Of a stretch of 64,000 bases of DNA, positions 18,025-27,384 are shown one piece after another. Position 1 is the first letter of the stretch; each line of letters starts with the position of its first letter. The stretch covers positions 55,223-119,222 of the forward strand of contig JAUHWN010000001.1 of the NCBI GenBank assembly GCA_030424665.1, in the 5' to 3' direction. Under the pieces are notes generated by a model, which searched no databases, had not been told where the DNA came from, and saw only the letters and a list, made by a program, of their open reading frames with translations. The translations under genes and the position numbers were made by a program. This DNA comes from Bdellovibrionia bacterium (GTDB lineage: Bacteria; Bdellovibrionota; Bdellovibrionia; Bdellovibrionales; JAGQZY01).

Positions 18025-19521
18025 CTAACTAACTTGACCCTCGTACCCGCGAGGGTCTTTTTTTATGCAATAAACTGTCGAACGTCCTAAGCCTATTCGT
18101 TCTATAAAGCCGTCGGCAACAAGCTCGTTTAGTTTTGTATTTGCCGCTGTATATTCTAATCTGAATAGGTTTTGAAACTGCCTTCTTGTAAACCTTCTAT
18201 CCGTCCACTCCCTTTCTATTCGAGTCTTGATAAGTCCGTTCTTTGAAAGTTCTGGATAACTAAATGGGAGCCAAACAGAAAACTGTTGTGAAAACTCGAC
18301 ATGATATGTGTTATTTGTATGTCTCAAATCAATGGTATTAATGTCTTTTTGTATACTCGAGCGAAATCTCTTAAGGATCTGATGGACACGATCCGGCGAG
18401 CTATGAGGATCAAAGTATTCATCCGGGTATAGGTAGGAAAATAGCGCACCGATTCGCTTGGGACGATAAAAATCTTTAACTAGTGTACAGAATAGTCTAT
18501 GTAAAATCGAGCCGAGCTTAAAAACCTCTCTGCCACCTATGTATGATCCCAATAAAAGGTCAAAGTCCTTTTCTAACGGACTTGGCGCGCCCATTCTAAA
18601 GAACGAAGGCACGTCCATTGGTAACTTATTGAGTAATTTCTTACGATAGTCATAGAAGGGCGTTCCAAAAAGTACCTTCAATGCCAAATCCAAATCATGG
18701 TCAATAATAGCTTCATGATAATCAATTTCTCTTATGGACTCAGAATGATTAAAATGACGAGCCTTCTTCCTCAATTCGCTCCAATCAATACTATTTGGCG
18801 ACTCGAAGGCTTCAGCAATCGTTCGCCACTTGTAAATAAAGAACTTCTCAAGCAGCTGGTTGTTTTGCAGGCTTTTCTCGGACTTATCAAGAAGCTTTTT
18901 AGCTTCGCTATATCGTCCCAACTGAATCTGCAGTTGGGACTTTATTTCGTAGCAATTCCCCAAAAGGAGCTTATTTCCCAGTCTTTCGTTGATAGTTATT
19001 ATTTGATCGAGAAGGGCCCCTGCTTCGTCATTTTTTTCAATATTAACCAAAGCCGCAGCAAGGTTAACTTGACCCACTAGATACGCGTAGGAATTGTCGT
19101 CAATAAGTTTGAGGTATCTCTTTAATGGATCAATTGCTTCACGATAGTTCCACTGATTGAAGTTACAAAATGCCAAATAGAGGTATGCTGACGGAATATT
19201 GTCGGTAACGATTTCGTTTAAAAGTTTTTTTGCTTCGTCAACCGCACCAAGCCTTTGCAGAAGAACTCCATATTCAGCTTTTTCTTCAAGACGAGCTTCG
19301 ATCATACCCTCTTGATCTTCGCGAATAATTTTAGAAAGCATTTTGAGACCACTGTTAATGAGGCCTGTTCTTCGACAGAGTTGCGCAAAATGAAAGCGCT
19401 CTGATCTTGGGATATCGGGAATCGATATTCGTACCAGTTCTTTCTTTGCCTGATCCCCATTACCAGCCTTTATAAGCAGGTCTATTTGTTGTCTCAGTTC
19501 AATACATTTTTGTTGATCCAT
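18025..19521 (-). CDS. TPR-repeat protein with C-terminal winged-helix-like domain (putative transcriptional regulator), paralogue 1
   Basis: 498 aa. Repeated helical TPR-like units in the N-terminal half, C-terminal ...FTRRQFQNLFRLEYTAANTKLNELVADGFIERIGLGRSTVY. Alignable end to end with 32517..33989. Confidence 0.65.
   Translation of the reverse strand: MDQQKCIELRQQIDLLIKAGNGDQAKKELVRISIPDIPRSERFHFAQLCRRTGLINSGLKMLSKIIREDQEGMIEARLEEKAEYGVLLQRLGAVDEAKKLLNEIVTDNIPSAYLYLAFCNFNQWNYREAIDPLKRYLKLIDDNSYAYLVGQVNLAAALVNIEKNDEAGALLDQIITINERLGNKLLLGNCYEIKSQLQIQLGRYSEAKKLLDKSEKSLQNNQLLEKFFIYKWRTIAEAFESPNSIDWSELRKKARHFNHSESIREIDYHEAIIDHDLDLALKVLFGTPFYDYRKKLLNKLPMDVPSFFRMGAPSPLEKDFDLLLGSYIGGREVFKLGSILHRLFCTLVKDFYRPKRIGALFSYLYPDEYFDPHSSPDRVHQILKRFRSSIQKDINTIDLRHTNNTYHVEFSQQFSVWLPFSYPELSKNGLIKTRIEREWTDRRFTRRQFQNLFRLEYTAANTKLNELVADGFIERIGLGRSTVYCIKKDPRGYEGQVS
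18036..18064 (+). terminator. Rho-independent terminator (plus strand) embedded in the 3' end of the minus-strand regulator gene
   Basis: GACCCTCG-TACCCG-CGAGGGTC followed by T7 (18058-18064). Confidence 0.6.
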
Positions 19522-19608
19522 CTATCTAATTTTATCAGGGACCCTTTGTTCTGGCCGATAATTCGTCATTTTTTTCTATTTTGAGATACAATAGAAGTTG
19601 GGTAGGAC

Positions 19609-20472
19609 ATGATGAAGTTGATTTTAAAGAAACCATTTCTGTTTTTTCTTTCGCTATTTGTTCTAATAGCTTATCAAAACTGTATAGAAGTTGGCTTTAA
19701 CGATAAGACAGATGGCTCTATTAATCCTGGCCCAGAATCCCCATCATCAAATCCATCCGACGATAAAACTCCTGGTGCCGGAAACGGTGAAGGCTATGGT
19801 GGAAAAGACCCAGTCAGTGCTTTCTTTGTTTTAAATTATTCAGAACCTTGCTCTGATCCAAATGATCCTAACCCACAGATCACAGATCGCATTGTGCTTG
19901 GGAGCGATGACAGTTATTACCTCGAAAAAGAAGATTGTGTAGAACTTGCGCAGGCCAAGAAGATAGCCGATGGGGATCTGAATTTTGATGACAGTAACCC
20001 ATTTATTTTGTTTTACCTCGACACTGTATTTGAAGGAAATAAAGATGGAAGCCAAACGCCTCCAGACCCTGACTCTCAATTAGTGTTTCATTGTTCAAGT
20101 ACTGTTCGAACAATCGGTGAATCCGAGGTTCGATACAAATTAGAGGTTCGTCGAGAAGATATCTCATTAAACCCTCCTCTGGGTACGAGAAGACTCATCG
20201 CTACCCGAATTGAAAAAAAGGGGGGATCGATATCTACCTCTTCAACTGGGAACAATACCGATAAAGACATAATCTTTACCAACCCTGTTGGGACAGGCCA
20301 GGTTACGACTTGGTCTTTCAATAACGCCTCCGGAGTGTTTGATTTGCGAATTTTAGCAACGCCAGGAGACGCTAACCAGTTTAAAGTCGGAACCTTTCAA
20401 GGAACCATGTGGGTCAACGATGTTGGTGGATCACAGTTCGATGTAGAATGCTTTTCTACTCCAAACCCTTAA
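19609..20472 (+). CDS. lipoprotein, unknown function (YQNC lipobox)
   Basis: 287 aa. Signal peptide + LIAYQNC, then a low-complexity P/G/S/D linker. Divergent from the regulator. Confidence 0.55.
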   Translation: MMKLILKKPFLFFLSLFVLIAYQNCIEVGFNDKTDGSINPGPESPSSNPSDDKTPGAGNGEGYGGKDPVSAFFVLNYSEPCSDPNDPNPQITDRIVLGSDDSYYLEKEDCVELAQAKKIADGDLNFDDSNPFILFYLDTVFEGNKDGSQTPPDPDSQLVFHCSSTVRTIGESEVRYKLEVRREDISLNPPLGTRRLIATRIEKKGGSISTSSTGNNTDKDIIFTNPVGTGQVTTWSFNNASGVFDLRILATPGDANQFKVGTFQGTMWVNDVGGSQFDVECFSTPNP

Positions 20473-20473
20473 T

Positions 20474-21133
20474 TTAGTTCTTCGAGTATTTTGAAATCAC
20501 AAATGGAATAACAAACAAGCCTATTGTCGAAATCAATAGCATAGGGCCAATATGGTGCATCAGTATGTGTAGAGGAGCGTTCGCGCAATAAACATGCATG
20601 AGAGCTACAGGTAAAGAGCCTCCCGCCAAGCCAATTAATAAAGCAACTAATTTCTTTTTATAGGCATAACCGCGAACAACCATATAAGAAAGGCCGACAA
20701 TAGGTATTAACGAAACAAAAAGAGTTTCGACATTACAAAGAAAACGTCCTTTAATCATCGCTCCTTCAGGAAGTGGGCGATCGAACAAAACTCCAAATAC
20801 TGTTGACAATACATAAAGGGCAAGTGGCACTAAAGCAACAATGAGCCACTTTCTGCTCGGACCACGACCCGGGACACTGTATAAGAAGGCTAAATACCCC
20901 AAACTAAAAAAAGGTAAGAAAGCGATAACGGCTTCTAAAAAGTAGTGTGTTGTTTCAACCTGGTGATACCCCTCAATACTAAGAGGTCTATTAAACTCCA
21001 TTGCTAAAGCCACCATACAAAAAGAGAAGACCGCCCAAAACATAAAACGCGCCTCAGCCCCAAGGTGACTTGCTTCTGGCTTCAAGTCCCCTACGAGTTG
21101 ATCTAAAAATTCGTTCTTCGACGGTTTACTCAT
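20474..21133 (-). CDS. NrsF-family (DUF1109) anti-sigma factor, polytopic membrane protein
   Basis: 219 aa. N-terminal cytoplasmic FLDQLVGDLKP, then ~6 TM helices. Overlaps the sigma gene by 4 nt. Confidence 0.7.
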   Translation of the reverse strand: MSKPSKNEFLDQLVGDLKPEASHLGAEARFMFWAVFSFCMVALAMEFNRPLSIEGYHQVETTHYFLEAVIAFLPFFSLGYLAFLYSVPGRGPSRKWLIVALVPLALYVLSTVFGVLFDRPLPEGAMIKGRFLCNVETLFVSLIPIVGLSYMVVRGYAYKKKLVALLIGLAGGSLPVALMHVYCANAPLHILMHHIGPMLLISTIGLFVIPFVISKYSKN

Positions 21134-21681
21134 ATTTCACTTTCTACAATTTCTCGTAGCCTCTTATAGGCTCTCGAAATTCGCACGCGCATCGCACCTG
21201 GCGATACATTTTCCTGTTCTGCCGCCTCTTCTGTGCTTAACCCATCTAATTTGGTCAACACAATGGCTCTTTTCATTTCTTCTGGTAATTTTGCGAGTCC
21301 TTCATGAACTAATTCTTTTACAGCTTCATCACCAGTCGAGTCACTCATTTGATCAACCTGATCGCGCTCTTCATCGATGGCTGAAGTTTTTATGGAGCGC
21401 TCTCGGGCTCGAAAATAGTCGATCATTTTGTAGCGAGCGATGGCGAATAACCAGGCCTGAAAACTTCTCTTGGGGTCCCAACTCGCCTTATTTTTGTGAA
21501 TGGCGATTAAACACTCTTGGGTAAGATCTTCGGCAACACCCTGTGAAGCGACCTTCTTAATATAAAAGCGAACAAGCACGGGATAGATAGCTTCTAGAAG
21601 TTCTCTATAAGCCTTTTCATCCCCTGCCAGACTTTGAATCATTAAACTCTGCCATTGCTCTTCAAAGTCAGCTACTTTCAT
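21130..21681 (-). CDS. ECF-type RNA polymerase sigma-70 family factor
   Basis: 183 aa. Region 2 (EDLTQECLIAIHK...FQAWLFAIARYKMIDYFR) and region 4 HTH (LSTEEAAEQENVSPGAMRVRISRAYKRLRE). Confidence 0.9.
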   Translation of the reverse strand: MKVADFEEQWQSLMIQSLAGDEKAYRELLEAIYPVLVRFYIKKVASQGVAEDLTQECLIAIHKNKASWDPKRSFQAWLFAIARYKMIDYFRARERSIKTSAIDEERDQVDQMSDSTGDEAVKELVHEGLAKLPEEMKRAIVLTKLDGLSTEEAAEQENVSPGAMRVRISRAYKRLREIVESEI

Positions 21682-21786
21682 TACATACTTCGCCCAAAGG
21701 TTGCCATTTGTAACAGAATAGTAGTTTTTTTTTACATCACTGACAATGCAAAAAGACTTTAAAATTCAACGATTTAGGTGGGTGCC

Positions 21787-21981
21787 TCAACCTAGGTCAA
21801 GGGTTAGGAGAAGGCATTCAAGCTCTTCTACGAGCTCTTTAGCTCTCTTTCTCTGGCGAACGAGGTCGACGAAATATAGCTCATTCCTGCGCAGTTTCTC
21901 GCGCATTTCGGGAGTTAAATATGAATCCGGGTCCAAAGCTATCAACTTTGGCCGCTTCTTCCCCTGAATTTGATCCGTCAT
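21787..21981 (-). CDS. hypothetical small charged protein
   Basis: 64-aa ORF with helical, charged composition. Weak RBS. The overlapping plus-strand ORF looks like noise. Confidence 0.35.
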   Translation of the reverse strand: MTDQIQGKKRPKLIALDPDSYLTPEMREKLRRNELYFVDLVRQRKRAKELVEELECLLLTLDLG

Positions 21982-22173
21982 AGATACAAAGCCTTTCCGA
22001 CCTAACTAACCCTATAATAATAACTCAATAAACCTGTAAAGGATGCAAATTTTCTCAGACTGATACTCAATATTGGTGGGTTTTTACAATTGCCAATTCA
22101 ACCAAATTTGTAGGCCCAATGAGGTTTTTACAGAATTGCTAATCCTCGTTGAACACCTATTCTAGGCTTTGGT

Positions 22174-23730
22174 ATGTATCTCAGTGAGGTACCTATGTTG
22201 CTCAAAATATATTGGATATTCTTTCTACTAATAGCCCCTAATCTCCTATTGGCACAGTCCAATGAGGAGTGCCGATTGACCGGATTGCTCACCCTTTCAG
22301 AGAATGGTGTTCAGTTGAGGACATCTGTTGGAACTTACAGCCTTCCCGCTTTGCTTTCTCTAAAGAATAACTCGGGAAAAGCCCTTCATGTGTGGGGAAA
22401 GTGCCGCGCAAATAGAGTCGTAGAAATAAAGAAATTCTATGCCGTCAAAGATCGCTCTGATTTTCTATCAAAATACCAAGCACCCGAGGTTGATCCCGCT
22501 ATCTTCGGAATTAGCCCTTACTCATTACGAGCCGTTGAGTTCTCAAAGCACTATCAGAAAATTTCAGAAAGTTTTCACCCTTATCTCGGCAGCGACCAGG
22601 TCATCAGCTCCTTAGCCTTTGAAAGTCACGTAGTAAAAGACGTAGCCAATAATCTATTAGAACTTGAAAAAGGTTTATCCCAGGCGAAGGCGTTACAAAA
22701 TTTTAAGGGACAGGGCTCCAACCCCAGACAGGTCATAAAAGAATTCTTCGAATTAGAGAGAGGAACTCAAATCACTTCGATCATTTATGGCTTGTCTCCG
22801 TTTATGAGGCAGGCCCCCTGGGAGTGGAGCTGGAGAAACTTAGATCAAATCATCGAAGAACTCGATGCTCTCCACAGAAACATGTCAGCCATGAACATGC
22901 ACATCTTTTCTTACATGACCTCACCCAATACCGCTATCGAGCAATTTTTTAGTCGCGCCAAAGAAGAAGGCACCAACTTTAATGGTCTTGTTGACTTCGA
23001 AGATGATCACAATGATTTACTAAAAGAAGCCTTTTATCGTCTCTTCTTGGCTTCACAGGCTGACAATATTATCGAGAAAAGATTTTACTCCTATCAGTTT
23101 AGCATTCTACTCATCGCCTATGAACAAGTCCATGCCCAGGCTTATTACGATAACATCCATCGACAACATCGCATTCTCGCTGGTCGCTTTTTTGTTGTTG
23201 ATCCTTTAGGAAAATATGACTTAATCAATAAATCTTGGGCTTTATTTCAAGTTCGCTTTTCAATAGACACTCGAAACACCAGCGAAAATTTTAACTTGAA
23301 TTATGTTACTGCCGAGAAAATTCTCAGAAATTCCCGCGAATCTGGTACGATTCCCCACTACTACTTCTCTAGAATAATGAACCCAGAAGGTCGATTATTG
23401 TTAGCACCTCCTACAGGCTGGGCCGATTGGTCTGACCTCATTACTGAGGGTTTAGAGGAATCCGACGAATCATATCAACTTCTCGTGGAATATGGTTGTA
23501 CGGGCTGCCACAGGCTCGGTAATGATGGTGGGGTCGTCGGGCCGAGCTTTAATAATCTCGGATTAAGAATGACTCCTAATGAAATCAAAGAAGCCATTCT
23601 CAACCCTGAAGCTAGCATCTCCAAACATTGTCCATCTGGAAACTGCCCGAGCGGAGTTATGCCAAGCTCCTATGGAGAAATTTTGAGTTCTGAGGAACTA
23701 GAAAAAATGAGTAATTATTTAGCCCAGTAG
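22174..23730 (+). CDS. secreted protein with C-terminal c-type cytochrome domain
   Basis: 518 aa. Signal peptide (likely start ATG 22195, MLLKIYWIFFLLIAPNLLLAQS), haem-binding CTGCH and a distal GVMP Met ligand near the C-terminus. Confidence 0.7.
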   Translation: MYLSEVPMLLKIYWIFFLLIAPNLLLAQSNEECRLTGLLTLSENGVQLRTSVGTYSLPALLSLKNNSGKALHVWGKCRANRVVEIKKFYAVKDRSDFLSKYQAPEVDPAIFGISPYSLRAVEFSKHYQKISESFHPYLGSDQVISSLAFESHVVKDVANNLLELEKGLSQAKALQNFKGQGSNPRQVIKEFFELERGTQITSIIYGLSPFMRQAPWEWSWRNLDQIIEELDALHRNMSAMNMHIFSYMTSPNTAIEQFFSRAKEEGTNFNGLVDFEDDHNDLLKEAFYRLFLASQADNIIEKRFYSYQFSILLIAYEQVHAQAYYDNIHRQHRILAGRFFVVDPLGKYDLINKSWALFQVRFSIDTRNTSENFNLNYVTAEKILRNSRESGTIPHYYFSRIMNPEGRLLLAPPTGWADWSDLITEGLEESDESYQLLVEYGCTGCHRLGNDGGVVGPSFNNLGLRMTPNEIKEAILNPEASISKHCPSGNCPSGVMPSSYGEILSSEELEKMSNYLAQ

Positions 23731-23734
23731 GCGA

Positions 23735-24232
23735 CTATTTAAAATCCCGATCGAGGACGGTTTTTCGACCATCCTCTCTAGCACGATCGATAGCATCTTG
23801 GCTCGCTCGTCGAACCATATCCGAGAGTACATTGAGTACAGACTGAGATGTATTCATACCCGAGACATCTTTAATGTATTGCTTGAGTTTTGAAGCCACA
23901 ATCAGGACTTCATGGTTATCAACTTTAGCTTTATCACCAGGACTCCCCTGGGTAGCAGCGGGTTGACTACGAATGATTCGACGTTGGGGTTGACTCGCTT
24001 CTGTGCTCCCCTGCTCCTTCTCAAACTCAGCCTTACTTGGCGAATGCTTTTCAATGGCACCAGCGTTCTTATGCCTGGCTCCCGGCAGATGCCGCTCCCA
24101 ACAGGAGACTGAACAAAACTGGAGGCCTGTTCGCTTGCCCTGACAGGTAGAAACACTACACTGATAGTATTTGTGGGAAAATGGGATCTCTTTCTTGCAA
24201 GCGCTACACTTTTTCCAATAATTCTGTTCCAT
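23735..24232 (-). CDS. ZZ-type zinc-finger + histone-fold protein (bacterial histone-like)
   Basis: Start chosen at ATG 24232 (MEQNYWKKCSAC...). N-terminal Cys/His pattern CxxC-x13-C-x4-C-x9-C-x3-C-x3-H-x6-H. C-terminal 60 aa VLIVASKLKQYIKDVSGMNTSQSVLNVLSDMVRRASQDAIDRAREDGRKTVLDRDF aligns with archaeal HMf-type histone fold (IKD, loop L1, A(R)xxGRKT(I/V)xxxD). Confidence 0.65.
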   Translation of the reverse strand: MEQNYWKKCSACKKEIPFSHKYYQCSVSTCQGKRTGLQFCSVSCWERHLPGARHKNAGAIEKHSPSKAEFEKEQGSTEASQPQRRIIRSQPAATQGSPGDKAKVDNHEVLIVASKLKQYIKDVSGMNTSQSVLNVLSDMVRRASQDAIDRAREDGRKTVLDRDFK

Positions 24233-24522
24233 AAAATAATGCTGACCCCTTCTCCTCAATTGATCAACGGAAAGGATGACACCAATCTCTAAACTCAATG
24301 AAAGGCCGGAGACACTTGACGCAATAGAGTCATGGGGTCATTTCAACACTGATATTCATTGGCACAGGTCTTGAAAAATATACCTATGTTGTCAGTTGAG
24401 GTGTCACTTTGGAATTTTTTTCGGAGATTATAAACATCTAACCCGTGTTTTTCCGGATTGACTCCAGAGCCACCAAAAGTGACGAAATTTATTAACCAAT
24501 AAAAAACCTTCAGAATCCTAAT

Positions 24523-25245
24523 TTGCAAAAAGGGAGTTATTCCCTTTTTGCATTTTTTATGTTTGTATTCCGACCCATGGAACTACAACTCATTAAAGAA
24601 TCAGACATGATTCAATATTACGATTTCGAAGTCGCTGTATTGCCAAAAGTGATGCTACCGACCCGTACTTTCATAGTAACTTCGGACGAAACAGCATTTA
24701 TTTTTTCTCCCGGGCCACGATTTCCGGCCCTAGATCGTTTCTTAAAGACTAAAAAAGAAATTGTCATCGTTGCACCTAACATGTTTCACCACATGTATCT
24801 TCACGAATATAGCGACCTCAAGGCAAAATATTATGGACCTCTCGAAATTTTGCGAAAAAACACACGATTCCAAAGCCACATTGATACTCCAGAGGATTTT
24901 GCGGAAAAGTATAAAAGTGACTTCGATGTTATCTCGCTCGATGGATGTCCAAATATCCAAGAGTCACTTTACTTCGTCAAAAAAGAAAAGGCTCTGATCG
25001 TTACAGACCTCGTCTTTAATTTTCAAGTTTTCACCAGTAAGATCCTTAAAGCATCGCTCTTTTTAATGGGAATCAAAGAAGAGTTGGGAACCAGCCGTCT
25101 TGTTAAACTCAACATCAAAGATAAAAAAGCATTTCGCGAATCAATTCAGAAAGTCTTAAAGTTAAAATTCAATCGAGTCCTAGTATTTCACGGAAGTACG
25201 ATTGAGAATCCAGATCAATTCAGAAGCCACGCTGCGACCCTGTGA
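24523..25245 (+). CDS. hypothetical protein, possibly DUF4336/metallo-beta-lactamase-fold-like
   Basis: 240-aa ORF (the likely start is the internal MELQLIKE at 24577). APNMFHHMYL block. Weak family assignment. Confidence 0.4.
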   Translation: MQKGSYSLFAFFMFVFRPMELQLIKESDMIQYYDFEVAVLPKVMLPTRTFIVTSDETAFIFSPGPRFPALDRFLKTKKEIVIVAPNMFHHMYLHEYSDLKAKYYGPLEILRKNTRFQSHIDTPEDFAEKYKSDFDVISLDGCPNIQESLYFVKKEKALIVTDLVFNFQVFTSKILKASLFLMGIKEELGTSRLVKLNIKDKKAFRESIQKVLKLKFNRVLVFHGSTIENPDQFRSHAATL

Positions 25246-25294
25246 ATAGGCCAGGTGCAAAATAATTTTTGTGATCATAAATATATTTAATTAG

Positions 25295-25323
25295 AAAAAA
25301 AAAGCACCCTCGATTGAGAGTGC
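25295..25323 (-). terminator. Rho-independent terminator of the S9 peptidase gene (possibly bidirectional)
   Basis: Stem GCACCCTC/GAGAGTGC (one mismatch) with loop GATT, followed on the minus strand by T9 (25295-25303). Confidence 0.6.
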
Positions 25324-25352
25324 TTTCTCTATTTATAAAATGAGCTTTTTGA

Positions 25353-27251
25353 TTAGAGCAATAAATGCTTTTCTAAAAATTTCTCCACTTTTCCGTACAT
25401 TTCCAATTTATTTTCTTCATTGCGAAATCCATGACCTTCGTTTTCTTTAACGATATAAGGAACATCAATACCCTTCTTTTTGAGGGCGTCGACAATTTGA
25501 TTGGATTCTTCAATGTTAACACGCGGGTCTTTAGCTCCCTGTACAACCATCAATGGAGCTTTGATTTTATCCACATGGAAAATCGGAGACGCAGATCTCA
25601 ATAAATCCTTATCTTTTTCCGGGTTCCCCACCATCTCATAAAGCATAGTCAAGTAAGGCTTCCAGTAAGGAGGAATTGTCTTCATAAATGTGAAAAGATT
25701 CGATACACCCACATAATCAACGCCTACCGCATACACGTCAGGTGTGAATGTCAAGCCAGCAAGAACCGCATAGCCACCGTAGGAGCCACCGTAGATACCA
25801 ATCTTTTCTTTATCAGCGATCCCCTCTTTAATAAGATAATTCACCCCGTCTGTAATATCGTCCTGCATCTCTTTACCCCATTTCTTGAATGAGGCAGACC
25901 AAAACTTCTTACCGTAACCCGTTGAACCACGAAAATTCATCTGTAAAACGGCATAACCACGGTTGGCAAGAAATTGTACGTCCGGGCGATATCCCCAGCG
26001 GTCACGAGCCCAAGGTCCCCCATGTGGCATCACGATAGTCGGCAAATTCTTAGCTTCTGCACCTTTAGGAAGAGTTAAATATCCATGAATCGTAAGTCCA
26101 TCACGACTTTTATAGGTGATCGGCTTCATTTCCGCCATATCAGCTTCTTTTATCCACGGGCTAACGTCTTTCAATTTAGTAAGCTTTTTATCGGCAGGAG
26201 TGTAAAGATAATACGCCCCTAAGCTTCGGTCACTATAAGTACGAACTACAAAGGTATCTTCATTCTTGTTTGTAGAAGTGAGGTACACTTCATAGCCTGG
26301 CAATTGACTCAGCAAATCCTTGTGAGTGGCCTCGGCCTCACTATCAAAAAACTTATACTGATGTTTCCATGTCGTATAAGAAGCATTTGTTAAGACCTTA
26401 CGTTTTTTGGAGTAACTCAACCCACCGACATCAACTTCATCATGACTAAAAAGTACTTTAGTTTCTTTTTTTGTTTTGGGATTGAAAATAGCGATCGCAG
26501 ATTTATCGCGATTTAAATTCGAGTTCACATAAAGATTTTTATTATCGAATGTAAAAAAGAGCGGAGAGACACTCGTTTTGAAATTCGTAGTTATAATCTT
26601 TCTAAATTTTTGTTTCTCATTGTCACGGTAAAAAACCGAAGTATTCACGCCATCAGTGGCCGAGGCGACTCGAAGCTTTCCTTTATGATCAGTCATCCAG
26701 CCCGAGAAATTTCCAGGGTTTTTCGCAATCATTTCTGTCTTGCCAGTTTTGACATTGAGTCGATGGGCATCGAAGACCTTTTTATCTCTTTTGTTCATTG
26801 AGATAATGATGTGTTCATCGTCAATATTCTCTAAATCATCAATGACACCGACTCGCGTTTCTTCAAACGGAGTGAGGTCTCTTTCGTCGGTCCCATCTAC
26901 CGACACTCTAAAAAGGTGATAGTTTTCATCTCCACCAAAATCCCTAAGAAAGAGAATGGTATCGTTTTCTTTCCAAAAGAAACCTGAAATATCTCGATCA
27001 GTTTGGTTGGTCAGTCGTTTTTCAGGAGTCTTACCCTCTACATCCTGAACAAAAACATTCATTCGCTTTTGATAGGGCTTAAGGTAAGCTAGGAACTTTC
27101 CGTCTGGCGAAATTGAATAGGATCTCACCTGAGCGTTCTTAAAAAAGTCAGTTAGAGGTATAAGCTTTTGCCCTAAGTGATTTTTTTTGGTCGTCGAAGT
27201 GCAGCCAAAAACAAGTGTCGCCATCAACGCTAGAGTTATAAAATTTTTCAT
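25353..27251 (-). CDS. S9-family serine peptidase (prolyl oligopeptidase / dipeptidyl aminopeptidase-like) lipoprotein
   Basis: 632 aa. Lipobox LVFGC, beta-propeller N-terminal half, catalytic GGSYGGY, VVQGAKDPRV, NEGHGF. Confidence 0.9.
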   Translation of the reverse strand: MKNFITLALMATLVFGCTSTTKKNHLGQKLIPLTDFFKNAQVRSYSISPDGKFLAYLKPYQKRMNVFVQDVEGKTPEKRLTNQTDRDISGFFWKENDTILFLRDFGGDENYHLFRVSVDGTDERDLTPFEETRVGVIDDLENIDDEHIIISMNKRDKKVFDAHRLNVKTGKTEMIAKNPGNFSGWMTDHKGKLRVASATDGVNTSVFYRDNEKQKFRKIITTNFKTSVSPLFFTFDNKNLYVNSNLNRDKSAIAIFNPKTKKETKVLFSHDEVDVGGLSYSKKRKVLTNASYTTWKHQYKFFDSEAEATHKDLLSQLPGYEVYLTSTNKNEDTFVVRTYSDRSLGAYYLYTPADKKLTKLKDVSPWIKEADMAEMKPITYKSRDGLTIHGYLTLPKGAEAKNLPTIVMPHGGPWARDRWGYRPDVQFLANRGYAVLQMNFRGSTGYGKKFWSASFKKWGKEMQDDITDGVNYLIKEGIADKEKIGIYGGSYGGYAVLAGLTFTPDVYAVGVDYVGVSNLFTFMKTIPPYWKPYLTMLYEMVGNPEKDKDLLRSASPIFHVDKIKAPLMVVQGAKDPRVNIEESNQIVDALKKKGIDVPYIVKENEGHGFRNEENKLEMYGKVEKFLEKHLLL

Positions 27252-27384
27252 TTAAACCTCACATTATAGATGTTTGATTTTTCTTAGAGGACCTTATCTA
27301 AGGCAAAGAGGGGTCACAAGGGAATTCGAAGCACTGCAATTTTTTTGACAAAACTGGGCGTTGATGCGAGCTGTCGTTTTAAAC

